The position numbers and the translations under genes are program-made. Below, piece by piece: positions 27,322 through 37,717 of a stretch of 64,000 nucleotides of DNA. Below the pieces are notes generated by a model that had not been told where the DNA came from, did not search any database, and worked only from the letters and a program-made list of their open reading frames with translations. Location: NCBI GenBank assembly GCA_964419335.1, contig CAYQOX010000004.1, forward strand, positions 31,310 through 95,309, in the 5' to 3' direction. The DNA comes from an uncultured bacterium. GTDB lineage: Bacteria; Hinthialibacterota; Hinthialibacteria; Hinthialibacterales; Hinthialibacteraceae. How positions within the stretch are numbered: the first letter of the stretch is position 1; each line of letters begins with the position of its first letter.

Positions 27322-29078
27322 CGCGTTTGGGCTTTCTTATCTTTTGGTAATTCTTGATAAGGAAATTGGACAATCTCGTCGCCCTGCTTTACGAAGATTG
27401 CCGGTCCGGTGGGTTTCTTAACCTCAAACTCCACCCCTTGGATTTCAACAATCGTTCCCGGAAAAATATTGTGTCGCGCACGGACGGTTCTGGATTTACG
27501 CAAGCAATTATCATATTGCGCTTGTAATCCGTCATTTTCCTGGTGTAATTCTTCCAGATTTTTTTGGGCTTTTTCCAACATTTCTTGCGCCCGCTTTCTG
27601 GATTCTTCAATATCGTCTTGAGGCGTATCAAATTGGCTTTGCCGTTGTTTTAAGATATCCAATACTTGATGACATTTGTCCAGGGCTTCTTCCTGTTCGG
27701 CGATTTTTTCTTGGGTTTCGATGATCATAGACGCAATATCCTCCGCACGTCCTCCCAAGCGAATCACAGTCTTTACTCCGAGTTCAGAGCCGATATTCGA
27801 AGCGATTACATTTGAATCAGCGATTATCTCGCCTCCTACAATGTTTCCCGGATGGCCGCTCACGACCACATCTTCGCCTGCATTAATCTGGGAATGGGTA
27901 ATTTCTGTTTCAGCGGTAATACTATTTAAACTATTGGCGGTGGCATTGGCAATAAATTTCGCCGTAATATCACCATTGGCCTCTAGAACCGCTTTCCCTT
28001 TCCCCTGAACCCCACCCAACACCGTAATGGCTTCTTTGGCTTCTAAATAAGCCCCTTCGACGATTTTCCCTACATGAATATCCTTCTCCGTTTTTATAGA
28101 AAAGCCCGTTAGCACATCACCATTTACAATAACCGATACTTTGGTAGAAATATTCCCGGTTTTATATGAGATGCTTTCCGATATTTTCAATGCCGGTTCA
28201 AGATGAATCACACCCTCTCGCTTGGTTATACAACAATCCTCAGTGGCCACCAGATGTAAATCATCATCGGAAATCTTCGTATAGTTCATTTGGGGAAACT
28301 GGGCTGCCTGCGGTTCACGGGCAGGAATCTCACGTCCCAACACCGTATATCCTGACTTCCCCGATACTGGTGGGATTTTTTTCGCCAAGACCCCACCCGC
28401 TTGGATATATTCATATAAATTAATATCCTTGTAAGAAACCTTATGTTGATCGACTTCTTTGGGCTTGTAGTTTAAATCATCCACGTGAAGCGTATATTCA
28501 ATCCGTCCATCTTTTCCCTTGGTCGGTAATTTTCCCTTTGCTACACATACTTCTTCATCAAATTGGCGTTCGGTAAACAGATCACGTATAACGTCCTTCT
28601 TAATCCCATGAGTGATGCCCACATTGTTTAAATATTGAAATACAAGATCTTCATCGAAGAACATTTCATCTTGGGTTTCAATCATGACATAAGCCGTCAT
28701 GCCATTAGAACTTACGCGGATATGCGGCCCTAATAACTGGATCGCTTGAACCAGGAATTGAGGCAGACCGGATTTAGCATCCATCTCCACATTCAATTGC
28801 TGTACCAATATCTTACGAGGAATATGAAAAAAAGTTTTTCGCATTGAACGGATACTATTTTGTAAGGTTTCGCGTAAACGTTCGTTGGACATGGTTTCTT
28901 GAATAAATCCCAATGTATCCAAGAAAGATAACAAATTTTCGATCTCCATCGTGTAAGATTTCAATTTCGCTTCAGGACTCGCTTTCAGTCCTTTAAGCAA
29001 TTCTTCCAACCCATCACTCAAAATTTGAAAGACCTGTACATAATCCACGTTCTGTCCGGTTTGCATTTGGCTTGCCAT
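27318..29078 (-). CDS. DUF342/FapA-like beta-solenoid protein with C-terminal coiled coil
   Basis: It has Gly/Val/Ile-rich solenoid repeats (GNIVGGEIIADSNVIASNIGSELGVKTVIRLGG) followed by a coiled coil (EQEEALDKCHQVLDILKQRQ). Confidence 0.5.
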   Translation of the reverse strand: MASQMQTGQNVDYVQVFQILSDGLEELLKGLKASPEAKLKSYTMEIENLLSFLDTLGFIQETMSNERLRETLQNSIRSMRKTFFHIPRKILVQQLNVEMDAKSGLPQFLVQAIQLLGPHIRVSSNGMTAYVMIETQDEMFFDEDLVFQYLNNVGITHGIKKDVIRDLFTERQFDEEVCVAKGKLPTKGKDGRIEYTLHVDDLNYKPKEVDQHKVSYKDINLYEYIQAGGVLAKKIPPVSGKSGYTVLGREIPAREPQAAQFPQMNYTKISDDDLHLVATEDCCITKREGVIHLEPALKISESISYKTGNISTKVSVIVNGDVLTGFSIKTEKDIHVGKIVEGAYLEAKEAITVLGGVQGKGKAVLEANGDITAKFIANATANSLNSITAETEITHSQINAGEDVVVSGHPGNIVGGEIIADSNVIASNIGSELGVKTVIRLGGRAEDIASMIIETQEKIAEQEEALDKCHQVLDILKQRQSQFDTPQDDIEESRKRAQEMLEKAQKNLEELHQENDGLQAQYDNCLRKSRTVRARHNIFPGTIVEIQGVEFEVKKPTGPAIFVKQGDEIVQFPYQELPKDKKAQTR

Positions 29079-29100
29079 TGAACTTCATCTCCTGGCTTTA

Positions 29101-30201
29101 TTACCCATTATCTTGTTTCTCCTGATAAACCATTCGATGAGATGAGGATATTTCACTCGATTGTTCCGATTGGGCACTTTCTTTATCTTTTGATTCAACA
29201 AATTCAGTCCATGCGGTTCTAAATAAATCCACGTATCCCACGATTTTATTAAATAGCGGCGTCAAATAGGTTTGATCGGCTTCTTTGAAAAGATCCTTAT
29301 TTTCCAACAATTCATCAGGGGGATAATGCTCAAATTTTTCAAAATAAAGTTTGCCTTTATTCAAGAGAGAACGAATTTCTTTTGAACATTGAACTAAATT
29401 CTCTGAGACTTCTCCTTCTTGGTCATGATACAAGATTTCTTCCAGATGCTGGGTGAGCGTTTGTTCTCCTTGGTCAAGGAGATTGAACTGAAATTGAAAA
29501 AGCTGTTGCTTACTTAACAAAAATTCCCGCCGATACTCTTTGGCTTTACGTATATACGGCTCCAAGCGTTTCTGCTTCGCTAGGTATTCATCCATGTGGC
29601 GGTCACAAAACGATTGACAGAGATCCACATTCGACAAATTATCCTTATTTAATGAATCCACCATATTGGAGGTCGCATCTTCCATTTCTTGTAGAATGGG
29701 ATCCTGTTGCTTTTTTCGTTGAATTGCGTTCTCCAAAATGCGATACTCCCGCGCATGGCTGACCGACATATTTTGGATGCACTCTAAATTGCGAAGTAAG
29801 GCTGTGAATGCCCCGCTTTCTTCAGGAGAAACTTTGCGGATTGTGTGAATCAAGGAGCGGCATGCTTCCACCCGCCGGTTGATCTCGCTGGTTAAGCTAT
29901 CTTCTCCCCGTACAGTCCTTTTTTGATATTTTTTCCCGGACAATTTCCGCTGCTTGGAAAGAATCTCATTCATTTCTTCCACTGTGATCCAGACCACTCG
30001 ACCGCCGCGAATGGTTTTTACCATATTTTCAGGATTGACCCCTTGCTGCTTGGCTTTATGGGTGGATACAGCGGCATCGATGTCCCCAAGCATTTTATGA
30101 ATCTCTTCCATAGAATACTGGTTGCGGACAGAAATAGATTTTTTTTCGTTCGGTTCTTTTTTCTTTGTCTTGGAACCATGTTTCATACCGTTAAATAACA
30201 C
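29101..30201 (-). CDS. Hypothetical coiled-coil protein (operon partner of the histidine kinase)
   Basis: I recognised no domain. It is Lys/Glu-rich. The ORF starts at GTG, and an alternative ATG lies at 30186. Confidence 0.4.
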   Translation of the reverse strand: MLFNGMKHGSKTKKKEPNEKKSISVRNQYSMEEIHKMLGDIDAAVSTHKAKQQGVNPENMVKTIRGGRVVWITVEEMNEILSKQRKLSGKKYQKRTVRGEDSLTSEINRRVEACRSLIHTIRKVSPEESGAFTALLRNLECIQNMSVSHAREYRILENAIQRKKQQDPILQEMEDATSNMVDSLNKDNLSNVDLCQSFCDRHMDEYLAKQKRLEPYIRKAKEYRREFLLSKQQLFQFQFNLLDQGEQTLTQHLEEILYHDQEGEVSENLVQCSKEIRSLLNKGKLYFEKFEHYPPDELLENKDLFKEADQTYLTPLFNKIVGYVDLFRTAWTEFVESKDKESAQSEQSSEISSSHRMVYQEKQDNG

Positions 30202-30219
30202 CTCATTACGGAGAATGGT

Positions 30220-32577
30220 TTAGTGAATGGATTCTTGAGTCTGGTTTAATATTGTTCGAATTGTTTTGAGTAAATCATCTTGGGTAAACGGTTTTTGGAT
30301 GAATGGCATCTCCTTCTCTAAAATCCCATGGCGAATAACCGCTTCACTGGTATAACCGGACATATAAAGGACGGGTAAGTTGGGTCGGAGGCTATGGATA
30401 CGTTCCATCAATTGCCTCCCGCTCATACCCGGCATGACCACATCGGTGATAATCAAGTCCACGGAATCATCCGTTTGGCAAAGTTGAATTGCTTCTGCCC
30501 CTTCCTTAGCGACTTTCATTCTATACCCATAAGCAGCAAGTCCACGTTGTAGTAGTTTTCGTACTTCCGCATCATCCTCGACAATGAGAATTGTCTCATT
30601 GCCTTGTAAAGTAGAGAAATCATCTGAATTCTTTTCCTTCATTGTAGCCTTAGGTTCACAGCGGGGAAAATAGATTTTAAAACTCGTTCCATACCCCGGT
30701 TCACTATAAACATGAATGACCCCATTATTATGTTGTACAATACCATACACCGTCGATAATCCCAAACCGGTTCCTGCTTTTCCCTTCGTCGTGAAGAAAG
30801 GTTCGAAAATACGCCGCTTGATCGCAGGCTCCATACCCACCCCGGTATCGGTGACAGTCATCAACACGTACTCCCCTTCTTTCAACGCAGGCAGAGTTTC
30901 TCCCAAGGGGTTGTTTACGGTTACATTCTTAATATCAATGGTCAATTTGCCTCCATGGGGCATGGCATCACGAGCATTCACCGCAAGATTCATAACAATC
31001 TGTTCCATGTTCCCGGGATCAATTTTTACCGACCCAATATCTTTCTCAATGACGGTGAGTAATTCGATATCTTCGCCAATCAAGCGCCGCAGCATTTTAT
31101 CCATATTTTCGAATATTTCTCTCAGGCGAATCACTTGAGGCTGCATCACCTGACGCCGGCTGAAAGTCAGTAACTGCCGGATTAATACTGCAGCACGATC
31201 AGCGGCTTTTTTGATTACTTCAATATCATGCGCTAATCGTAAATCCCCTTGGCTTCTCTTAATCAAAAAATCGCTATAGCTGTTGATCACCATCAATAAG
31301 TTATTAAAATCGTGAGCGACTCCGCCGGCTAATTGTCCCACGGCTTCCATCTTTTGTGATTGCAAAAACTGCTCTTGCAGTTTCTTCTTTTCCGTAATAT
31401 CCCAAAAAATCCCTTGAACCCCAGTGGCATTCCCCTCATGATCGAAGATTGGGGTTTTGGTCACATGGACAACGCATTTTTCTCCGCTTTTAGTGATATT
31501 TTCTTCTTCCACCTCTAAAGTTTGTCCGGTTTGCAATACTTTATGATCATCCTGCTGAAACTTGACTGAAAGAGATGGAGGAAAAAGATCCGTGTCGGTT
31601 TTCCCAAAAATCTCCTCTTGCGTTTTTCCGACAAATTGGCAAAAGCGGGAATTCGCAAAGGTAAACTCTCCCCGTTCATTTTTACGAAAGATATTTTGGG
31701 GTAAATTTTCTACCAAAGAGAAATATAAAAATTCTGATTCGATGAGTTTCTTTTCCGCCTCAACCCGATCGCTGATATCGAGCACGCCGGCAATAGCACC
31801 TTTGAATTGACCGCGACTATCGCTTACAGGAGAAGCGGCAATAAGAGCACTGAAAGTAGTCCCATCTTTACGCTTTAAGAGAATATCGTGAACTTCTTTC
31901 ACACCTTCTTTGCGTCGTTCTATATTCTTTTTGCATTTCTCGATATCATCCTCAGCAATAAACGCTAATAAATGTTTTCCGATCATCTCATCGACTTCAT
32001 ACCCCAACATTTCCGCCATCCGCGGGGTAACAAAATCGGTATAGGCGTCTTTATCAATCGACCAAATTCCCTCATAAAGACTGTTTAGCAAGAGTTGATA
32101 GCGTCTCTCACCTTCATTAAGCGCCTTTTCCATCTTTAGAGTTTCAGTGTTATCTCGAATCGTGATCTCCTGCAGCATAGCATGCCGCTCGATGGCATAA
32201 CGTAGTTGACGTTCGAGAAAAGGACGCGTAATTTCACTTTTGATAAGATAATCTTGGGCGCCTTTCTTTAAGAGCGATAAAGCCCTCTCTTGATCCTCAT
32301 CCTCGGCCAAAAGCACAATAGGAATATCCGGGAGAAGTTCACAAACGCGATCGAACCCTTCTTCACCAACGGAATCCTCTTGTTCTAAATCAAGCAAAAT
32401 GACATCAAACGCAGTATTTTCCAAATGTTGCTTAGCCTGTTCTACACTCTCTGCCCAAGTCGCTTGAATCGAGTGGGTAGAATTCTCTTTTTCTGAAATA
32501 CGAAATAATGGCTGAATCAAATAGCCATAATTTTCATCCTTTTCAATAAACAACGCATGAATATTGGAAACTTTCAA
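30220..32577 (-). CDS. Hybrid sensor histidine kinase (pseudo-receiver - PAS x3 - HisKA - HATPase_c - receiver)
   Basis: It has an H-box (VAHDFNNLL), an N-box (NLAVNARDAMPHGG), G1 (DTGVGM) and G2 (GTGLGLS). The C-terminal REC has IVEDD...ITDVVMPG. The N-terminal REC-like domain has an EKDE pocket in place of DD. Confidence 0.85.
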   Translation of the reverse strand: MKVSNIHALFIEKDENYGYLIQPLFRISEKENSTHSIQATWAESVEQAKQHLENTAFDVILLDLEQEDSVGEEGFDRVCELLPDIPIVLLAEDEDQERALSLLKKGAQDYLIKSEITRPFLERQLRYAIERHAMLQEITIRDNTETLKMEKALNEGERRYQLLLNSLYEGIWSIDKDAYTDFVTPRMAEMLGYEVDEMIGKHLLAFIAEDDIEKCKKNIERRKEGVKEVHDILLKRKDGTTFSALIAASPVSDSRGQFKGAIAGVLDISDRVEAEKKLIESEFLYFSLVENLPQNIFRKNERGEFTFANSRFCQFVGKTQEEIFGKTDTDLFPPSLSVKFQQDDHKVLQTGQTLEVEEENITKSGEKCVVHVTKTPIFDHEGNATGVQGIFWDITEKKKLQEQFLQSQKMEAVGQLAGGVAHDFNNLLMVINSYSDFLIKRSQGDLRLAHDIEVIKKAADRAAVLIRQLLTFSRRQVMQPQVIRLREIFENMDKMLRRLIGEDIELLTVIEKDIGSVKIDPGNMEQIVMNLAVNARDAMPHGGKLTIDIKNVTVNNPLGETLPALKEGEYVLMTVTDTGVGMEPAIKRRIFEPFFTTKGKAGTGLGLSTVYGIVQHNNGVIHVYSEPGYGTSFKIYFPRCEPKATMKEKNSDDFSTLQGNETILIVEDDAEVRKLLQRGLAAYGYRMKVAKEGAEAIQLCQTDDSVDLIITDVVMPGMSGRQLMERIHSLRPNLPVLYMSGYTSEAVIRHGILEKEMPFIQKPFTQDDLLKTIRTILNQTQESIH

Positions 32578-32997
32578 TGTATTATACCTATCCGTAATAT
32601 GTGTAAAATTCTATTCTACCATGGTTGCCTCACAACAATCATTACTCTTTCTGATTAAAAACAATCCGTTTCTTCGCTTTTCGAAAGCGAACCTTTTCTT
32701 TAGTCAAATAATAAAATATCTTTAAAATTATTTAACATATAGCAAACCTCCTTTGAAGTATACTCGAATTCTAGAAAAAATATATCGGGAAATTAATGAA
32801 ATTTATGTAATGAATAATCCTACAAAATCGTAGGAATATCACTTCAAGGGATCATGATATATCTTGCAATTCATTTTCAGTCTACAGGATCCAAGAGAAA
32901 GATAATTGCATCTTTTCGTTACATCCTGGCAGGATTAGATAGATTTACGAAAAAGACAAACAACGATTGGTGAAAGTTTATAGAGGTGCACATATAT

Positions 32998-33021
32998 AGG
33001 AGGAGGACTTAACCTCCTCCT
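32998..33021 (-). terminator. Stable hairpin 27 nt downstream of the sppA stop; weak U-tract
   Basis: There is a 9-bp stem (AGGAGGAGG-ACTTAA-CCTCCTCCT). On the minus strand the following sequence is UAUAUAUG. Confidence 0.3.
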
Positions 33022-33047
33022 GAGGTGTGATAGGTCGCATGAAAAAA

Positions 33048-34235
33048 TTAATAAGGAAAACGATACTGTAAGGGGGAGCGTACTTTGCCTTGATCCGTTA
33101 ATGCCATTAAACCTTTTGTGAGTAAATCAAACCAGCTGAGTTCTCGTTTTACTTTTTCAACCACGGTGGGCTCTCCCTCAAGGCCGGCTAAACTCGCGGC
33201 CAGTTTGATCGCATCTTCCAGAGTGCCAATTTCATCCACCAGGCCGATCGAGTGCGCTTGACGCCCTGTATAAATTTTCCCTTGAGCAATCGATTTAGCA
33301 TAAAGGACTATGGTATCTTCACTTACACCAAAATTAAGGTTTTCGATATCTTTCAATTTTTCTCGTATTTCGGTAGCATTTTGAATTTCACCGGCTGAAG
33401 TAGCACTTTGAGTCGCTTCGGCCATGGTAACATCCGCAATCTCTAAAGCTCCGGTGGCTTCGTCAACCGATTCTGACTGAACACTCTGATGCTCGGTTTT
33501 GTAATAATCTTTCTTTTGTTGGACTCTTTTAATTAAATCGACCACATCTTCCGTGAAGGGATATCCATTCATTTCATCGATACTTTTTTCCAGCAGCAAC
33601 TTTTCGAACGATTGTTTTCTACCCTCCACCACGGCTTCAATAAATTGCATGTAGGTATCATCGATCACCCCTTGCATCATCTCCCGCTCATAGGGTTCAA
33701 GTTCACGTTCCATTGAGCCAAAGTCCTTGTATTTCCCGGCTTTAATCGTCTCGTAATCGAGACCGATTTTTTCCAATAATTCTTTAGCCTGCAAAAATTT
33801 GGAATATACCCCGATGCTACCTGTTAATGTTCCCTGAGAAGAAACGATTTTGTCGGCATCACAGACTGCGTAATACCCCCCCGAAGCCGCAACCGAACCA
33901 AACGAAGCCACTACAATCTTATTATGCTTCTCTCTCACATCCCGCAGTGCATCATAAAGTTCCTGCGATGGGGTTACGGCACCTCCAGGACTATCGACTC
34001 GAGTTACGATCGCCGCGATACTCGAATCTTTCCCATAATCACGAATTTGATCGACCCAATCTTCGACATCATAAAGGACCCCTTCAATCCGTACTAACGC
34101 CACTCGTTTACCGCCAAGGAAATTGGGAGTGCTGCCTTTCATCACGACCACTGCAAGAGTCACAATCAAGCCAATCAAGATGATAATAACAATGAAAAAC
34201 GTCAAAAGTATGAGAATTCCTGTACTTTTCTTCAT
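33048..34235 (-). CDS. sppA: Signal peptide peptidase SppA (S49 family), membrane-anchored
   Basis: It has an N-terminal TM segment. The S49 motifs are VVASFGSVAASGGYY and GSIGV. Confidence 0.8.
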   Translation of the reverse strand: MKKSTGILILLTFFIVIIILIGLIVTLAVVVMKGSTPNFLGGKRVALVRIEGVLYDVEDWVDQIRDYGKDSSIAAIVTRVDSPGGAVTPSQELYDALRDVREKHNKIVVASFGSVAASGGYYAVCDADKIVSSQGTLTGSIGVYSKFLQAKELLEKIGLDYETIKAGKYKDFGSMERELEPYEREMMQGVIDDTYMQFIEAVVEGRKQSFEKLLLEKSIDEMNGYPFTEDVVDLIKRVQQKKDYYKTEHQSVQSESVDEATGALEIADVTMAEATQSATSAGEIQNATEIREKLKDIENLNFGVSEDTIVLYAKSIAQGKIYTGRQAHSIGLVDEIGTLEDAIKLAASLAGLEGEPTVVEKVKRELSWFDLLTKGLMALTDQGKVRSPLQYRFPY

Positions 34236-34274
34236 AATACGCTTTAGCCCTTTTCTTTTTTCCGTGTAATATAT

Positions 34275-35444
34275 GTGAAAAGATATAGTATTATAACAAT
34301 CTTAGCAATAAAAATTGTGCTGGAACCAAGAACCATGCCTTACGAATACGTGTATTTATTTCTCGTTGGGAGTATAACCTCTTTCATCGCCACGCCTTTC
34401 TTTCGCAAGCTGGCTCTTTCACTCAATATTACCGATCATCCATCCGATCGAAAAATCCACCGCCAGCCGGTTCCCTATCTGGGTGGTTTGAGTTTTCATT
34501 GTGTGTTTAGTGTCGGATTACTATTCCTTTTTCTCTTCATGCCTTATACCCTCGGCCAGACCGATACACTAAACCATTTGATACTATTATACCTTATCGC
34601 GACCGCCTTTCTTATCCTGGGGATCATTGATGATATTTATTCCATTTCGGCTTCGATCAAACTGGTAATCCAAAGCCTATTGTGTATCATCCTAGTAGCC
34701 TTCGGTTTTTCCATCACTCAAATGACCAGTCCCTTCGGGGGAATCATTCCTTTAGGCTGGTTTGGTACCATTGTATCGTTTTTTTGGATACTGACTATTG
34801 TTAACGCGATTAATTTCATCGATGGATTAGACGGCTTAGCAGGCGGCGTGGTTTTCTTCGCTGCTTTGGCCAATCTCCTTATTTCCTTGTTCGAATGGCA
34901 GAACTATATCTGTTTGGTTTCTCTACTACTTATGGCTGGAGTATTGGGCTTTCTGCCCTTCAATTTTTCCTCCAAGAAAAAGATTTTCATGGGCGATGCT
35001 GGAAGTCTCTACCTGGGCGTATGGCTAGCGGGAAGTTCGCTGGAAAGCAATGTGAAATCCTCCACCGTGATGTCGTTATCTCTCCCACTCGTCATTCTAT
35101 CTATCCCTTTATTGGATGCACTCTTGACCATCGTACGCCGTGGTAGAAAAGGCCGTCATTTTTTCAAGGCTGACCGCGAACATATTCATCATCGCATCAT
35201 CCGCCTAGGGTTTAGTGACTTACAAGCCGTATGCTTTCTTTATGGACTTTGTTTTTTACTCTCGATGTCGGCGGTTTTAGCCGCTCAATTGCCTAATCGC
35301 TATTCTTTTTTATTCATCTTTGTATTTCTCGCGGCGATCACGTGGGGATTGATCGTCTTTAATGCATTTGAGAACCGTCTCATAGGTTCTCAATCAATTA
35401 CCCCCGCATCCGAATCACCAGCACCACCACGAAAACCGCAATAA
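34275..35444 (+). CDS. Polyprenyl-phosphate sugar-1-phosphate transferase (MraY/WecA family)
   Basis: It has 10-11 TM segments with IIDDIYS (DDxxD-type) and NAINFIDGLDGLAGG motifs. The internal Met at 34335 is an alternative start. Confidence 0.75.
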   Translation: MKRYSIITILAIKIVLEPRTMPYEYVYLFLVGSITSFIATPFFRKLALSLNITDHPSDRKIHRQPVPYLGGLSFHCVFSVGLLFLFLFMPYTLGQTDTLNHLILLYLIATAFLILGIIDDIYSISASIKLVIQSLLCIILVAFGFSITQMTSPFGGIIPLGWFGTIVSFFWILTIVNAINFIDGLDGLAGGVVFFAALANLLISLFEWQNYICLVSLLLMAGVLGFLPFNFSSKKKIFMGDAGSLYLGVWLAGSSLESNVKSSTVMSLSLPLVILSIPLLDALLTIVRRGRKGRHFFKADREHIHHRIIRLGFSDLQAVCFLYGLCFLLSMSAVLAAQLPNRYSFLFIFVFLAAITWGLIVFNAFENRLIGSQSITPASESPAPPRKPQ

Positions 35445-36192
35445 ACAAGATCACTGCGCCTAAGATAATCCCTTGTAACCAATCCCACCCTTCGGGTTCC
35501 ACCACTCGTTCCGGCAACTGCAATTCGACTTCGTTGGATGCGTTGCCACTTGAAAAGGAGGTACTACCACTTTCAGGAAAAGTGACGCTAAGTTCAATGC
35601 GATCCGTTACGGGATATTGCAAATCCACCATTTTTTCATAATCGAATGGTTCATAGTCTTCATACGGAATATTTCCATTAAAGGTCACCCCGCTGCTGGT
35701 TTGGAATTTAACTTGTTTCCAACCCACCCGGGGGAAATTATCATCTTTATATACAAAAGATAGAGGCTCTCCTATGGGTAGGGTATCCGGTAAAGAGCAT
35801 AAATAGCCCAGATCGATTTTGATCACATTGATCCCATTATGCCCAATAAAACTATAGGCATCTCCTACCTTGAAACGCGGTTCCAAGGTAAAGTCTCCAA
35901 GCTGAATGGTTTGATTCTCCGCATATTGTTTGGCCCGCTGCTGGATGAAGGCATCCCGTTCTTCTTCCGAAATTTTGCCATCATCATTGGCATCCAGCTG
36001 TTGGGCCGCTTTCTCTGTCGGTTTTAATCCCAATATCACCTCATATAAAATCATGAGATGGGTTTGGGTCATGGTTAGATTGGCATAGCGATCGATACTC
36101 TCAGGATCGAGAGCGTGCGAGTGACTTCGCTGGCAACCCTTAATCATGCAGAGTAGAATCAGTCCCAATGTTACAACGTTTTTTTTCATCAT
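35398..36192 (-). CDS. Signal-peptide protein with an EF-hand-like Ca-binding loop and a C-terminal TM anchor
   Basis: It has an N-terminal signal sequence (MMKKNVVTLGLILLCMIKGC). DANDDGKISEEE matches the EF-hand loop consensus. The C-terminus is hydrophobic (ILGAVILFIAVFVVVLVI). It overlaps the upstream DUF1015 gene by 4 nt. Confidence 0.5.
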   Translation of the reverse strand: MMKKNVVTLGLILLCMIKGCQRSHSHALDPESIDRYANLTMTQTHLMILYEVILGLKPTEKAAQQLDANDDGKISEEERDAFIQQRAKQYAENQTIQLGDFTLEPRFKVGDAYSFIGHNGINVIKIDLGYLCSLPDTLPIGEPLSFVYKDDNFPRVGWKQVKFQTSSGVTFNGNIPYEDYEPFDYEKMVDLQYPVTDRIELSVTFPESGSTSFSSGNASNEVELQLPERVVEPEGWDWLQGIILGAVILFIAVFVVVLVIRMRG

Positions 36193-37508
36193 TCTTGACT
36201 GGAATCCGCGACCGAACGCATAACTAAGCCTGTGGGAATTTTGGGATAAAAATCGGTCGACTTTTGCGGCATTCGCACCCCATGAAGAGAAACATCAAAA
36301 ACGGTTTGCGGCGGGATTCCCGCCAGCAGAAAAGCCGCATCATAATCCCCTGTATTGACCAGTTCAATCGCTTCTTCCTCCTCACGAATGTATTTAGTAT
36401 TGGAATGCATGGTTTCTTTATCCAATTGTAAACAATGTTCAAACAATAATTGATGTAAAAGGGTTACGTTAAGCCCCCGTAATGCGGGGTGAACCTCTTT
36501 CAAAGGAGGAATTTCTACATCTTTTTTGGGAGAAAGCACCCAACCTTGCTCCTTCCCAACAACCACGATTCCCTGTTGATTCGTCGTCGCTTGCAGCTGC
36601 TTCCGGACCATTGCACCACTGCGTTCGGGTAAAGACTCAATCGTAAAGAAATCTAAACATTTCTCGGTTACTTTGTTGACCCAATCGTTGGGCAATCCCG
36701 AAACAACCCGATGGGTGGGAAGCACCAGCAAGCCGGGACTTTTGGAGGGGACGATGAAGACCATTTGGCTGCCCCAAGGTTCCTTTTGAGGATCTTTGCC
36801 GGTTTTATCGCGCATTTCCCGGCAATAATTCTTTGCGGTTTCATGGCGATGATGACCATCCGCGATGACCAACGTGCATTGTTCCATAAACTTGGAAGCC
36901 TTCTTCACGGCCGTATCATCGTTTATAGCCAAAAGCGCATGTTCTTGCTCTTCTTCATCACGAAAGCGGAACAATTCCTCTGTCGCCTGAGAGAAAATCT
37001 CATTCCACGCATCTACCTCTCCATCCCCAAATAAGAAAATCGGCGATAAATTGGCTTGAGTCTCACGAATCAAACGTAATCGATCCGCTTTTGGCCCTTC
37101 AAAGGTATGCTCATGCGAATGTGGGCCGCCCTGTTCTTCCAATTGTAACGCCCCAAACAAGCCGGTACGTGTCCATGTTTCCCCTTTGTAGGTGTACGTT
37201 TGCTGATAAACATAAAAACAAGGCGGATCCTCAACCAAGACATTATCTCTACGCCACATACGCCAAAGTTGAGCGGCTTCCCTATACCAGTCTTGAGAGA
37301 TCGTATCGGTAGATTGGGTCATTGTATCGATTTCGTTGTCACTTGGCGGGGGGAGAATGAGTTTGACCACATTATGCTCATCGCGTTCCCATAAGGCTTC
37401 GCGTTCTTCAGAGGTGATTTTGTCATAGGGAGGCGAAATTAACTCGGCCAATGAATTCTTCTTTTCTGTATTAAAACGGATTCCTGAAAAAGGTTTAATT
37501 TGCGCCAT
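36189..37508 (-). CDS. DUF1015 family protein
   Basis: It has the hallmark ADGHHR motif (LVIADGHHRHETA) and is about 440 aa. Confidence 0.7.
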   Translation of the reverse strand: MAQIKPFSGIRFNTEKKNSLAELISPPYDKITSEEREALWERDEHNVVKLILPPPSDNEIDTMTQSTDTISQDWYREAAQLWRMWRRDNVLVEDPPCFYVYQQTYTYKGETWTRTGLFGALQLEEQGGPHSHEHTFEGPKADRLRLIRETQANLSPIFLFGDGEVDAWNEIFSQATEELFRFRDEEEQEHALLAINDDTAVKKASKFMEQCTLVIADGHHRHETAKNYCREMRDKTGKDPQKEPWGSQMVFIVPSKSPGLLVLPTHRVVSGLPNDWVNKVTEKCLDFFTIESLPERSGAMVRKQLQATTNQQGIVVVGKEQGWVLSPKKDVEIPPLKEVHPALRGLNVTLLHQLLFEHCLQLDKETMHSNTKYIREEEEAIELVNTGDYDAAFLLAGIPPQTVFDVSLHGVRMPQKSTDFYPKIPTGLVMRSVADSSQE

Positions 37509-37717
37509 AATAAGTTTTATCCTTTAAATTTGTTGTACTATATCCCTAGATTCCATTCCCAAACACACGGGGATAATAAACAATTATTGATTGATACTTC
37601 ACTAAAAATATTATAGAGTGTGGGATGATCAATAGAACAAACTATTATTATATACCAAGATTTTTATAGGCGAACGGTATCACAACGCCAAACTTTATTA
37701 GGAGTTTTAATCAACGC

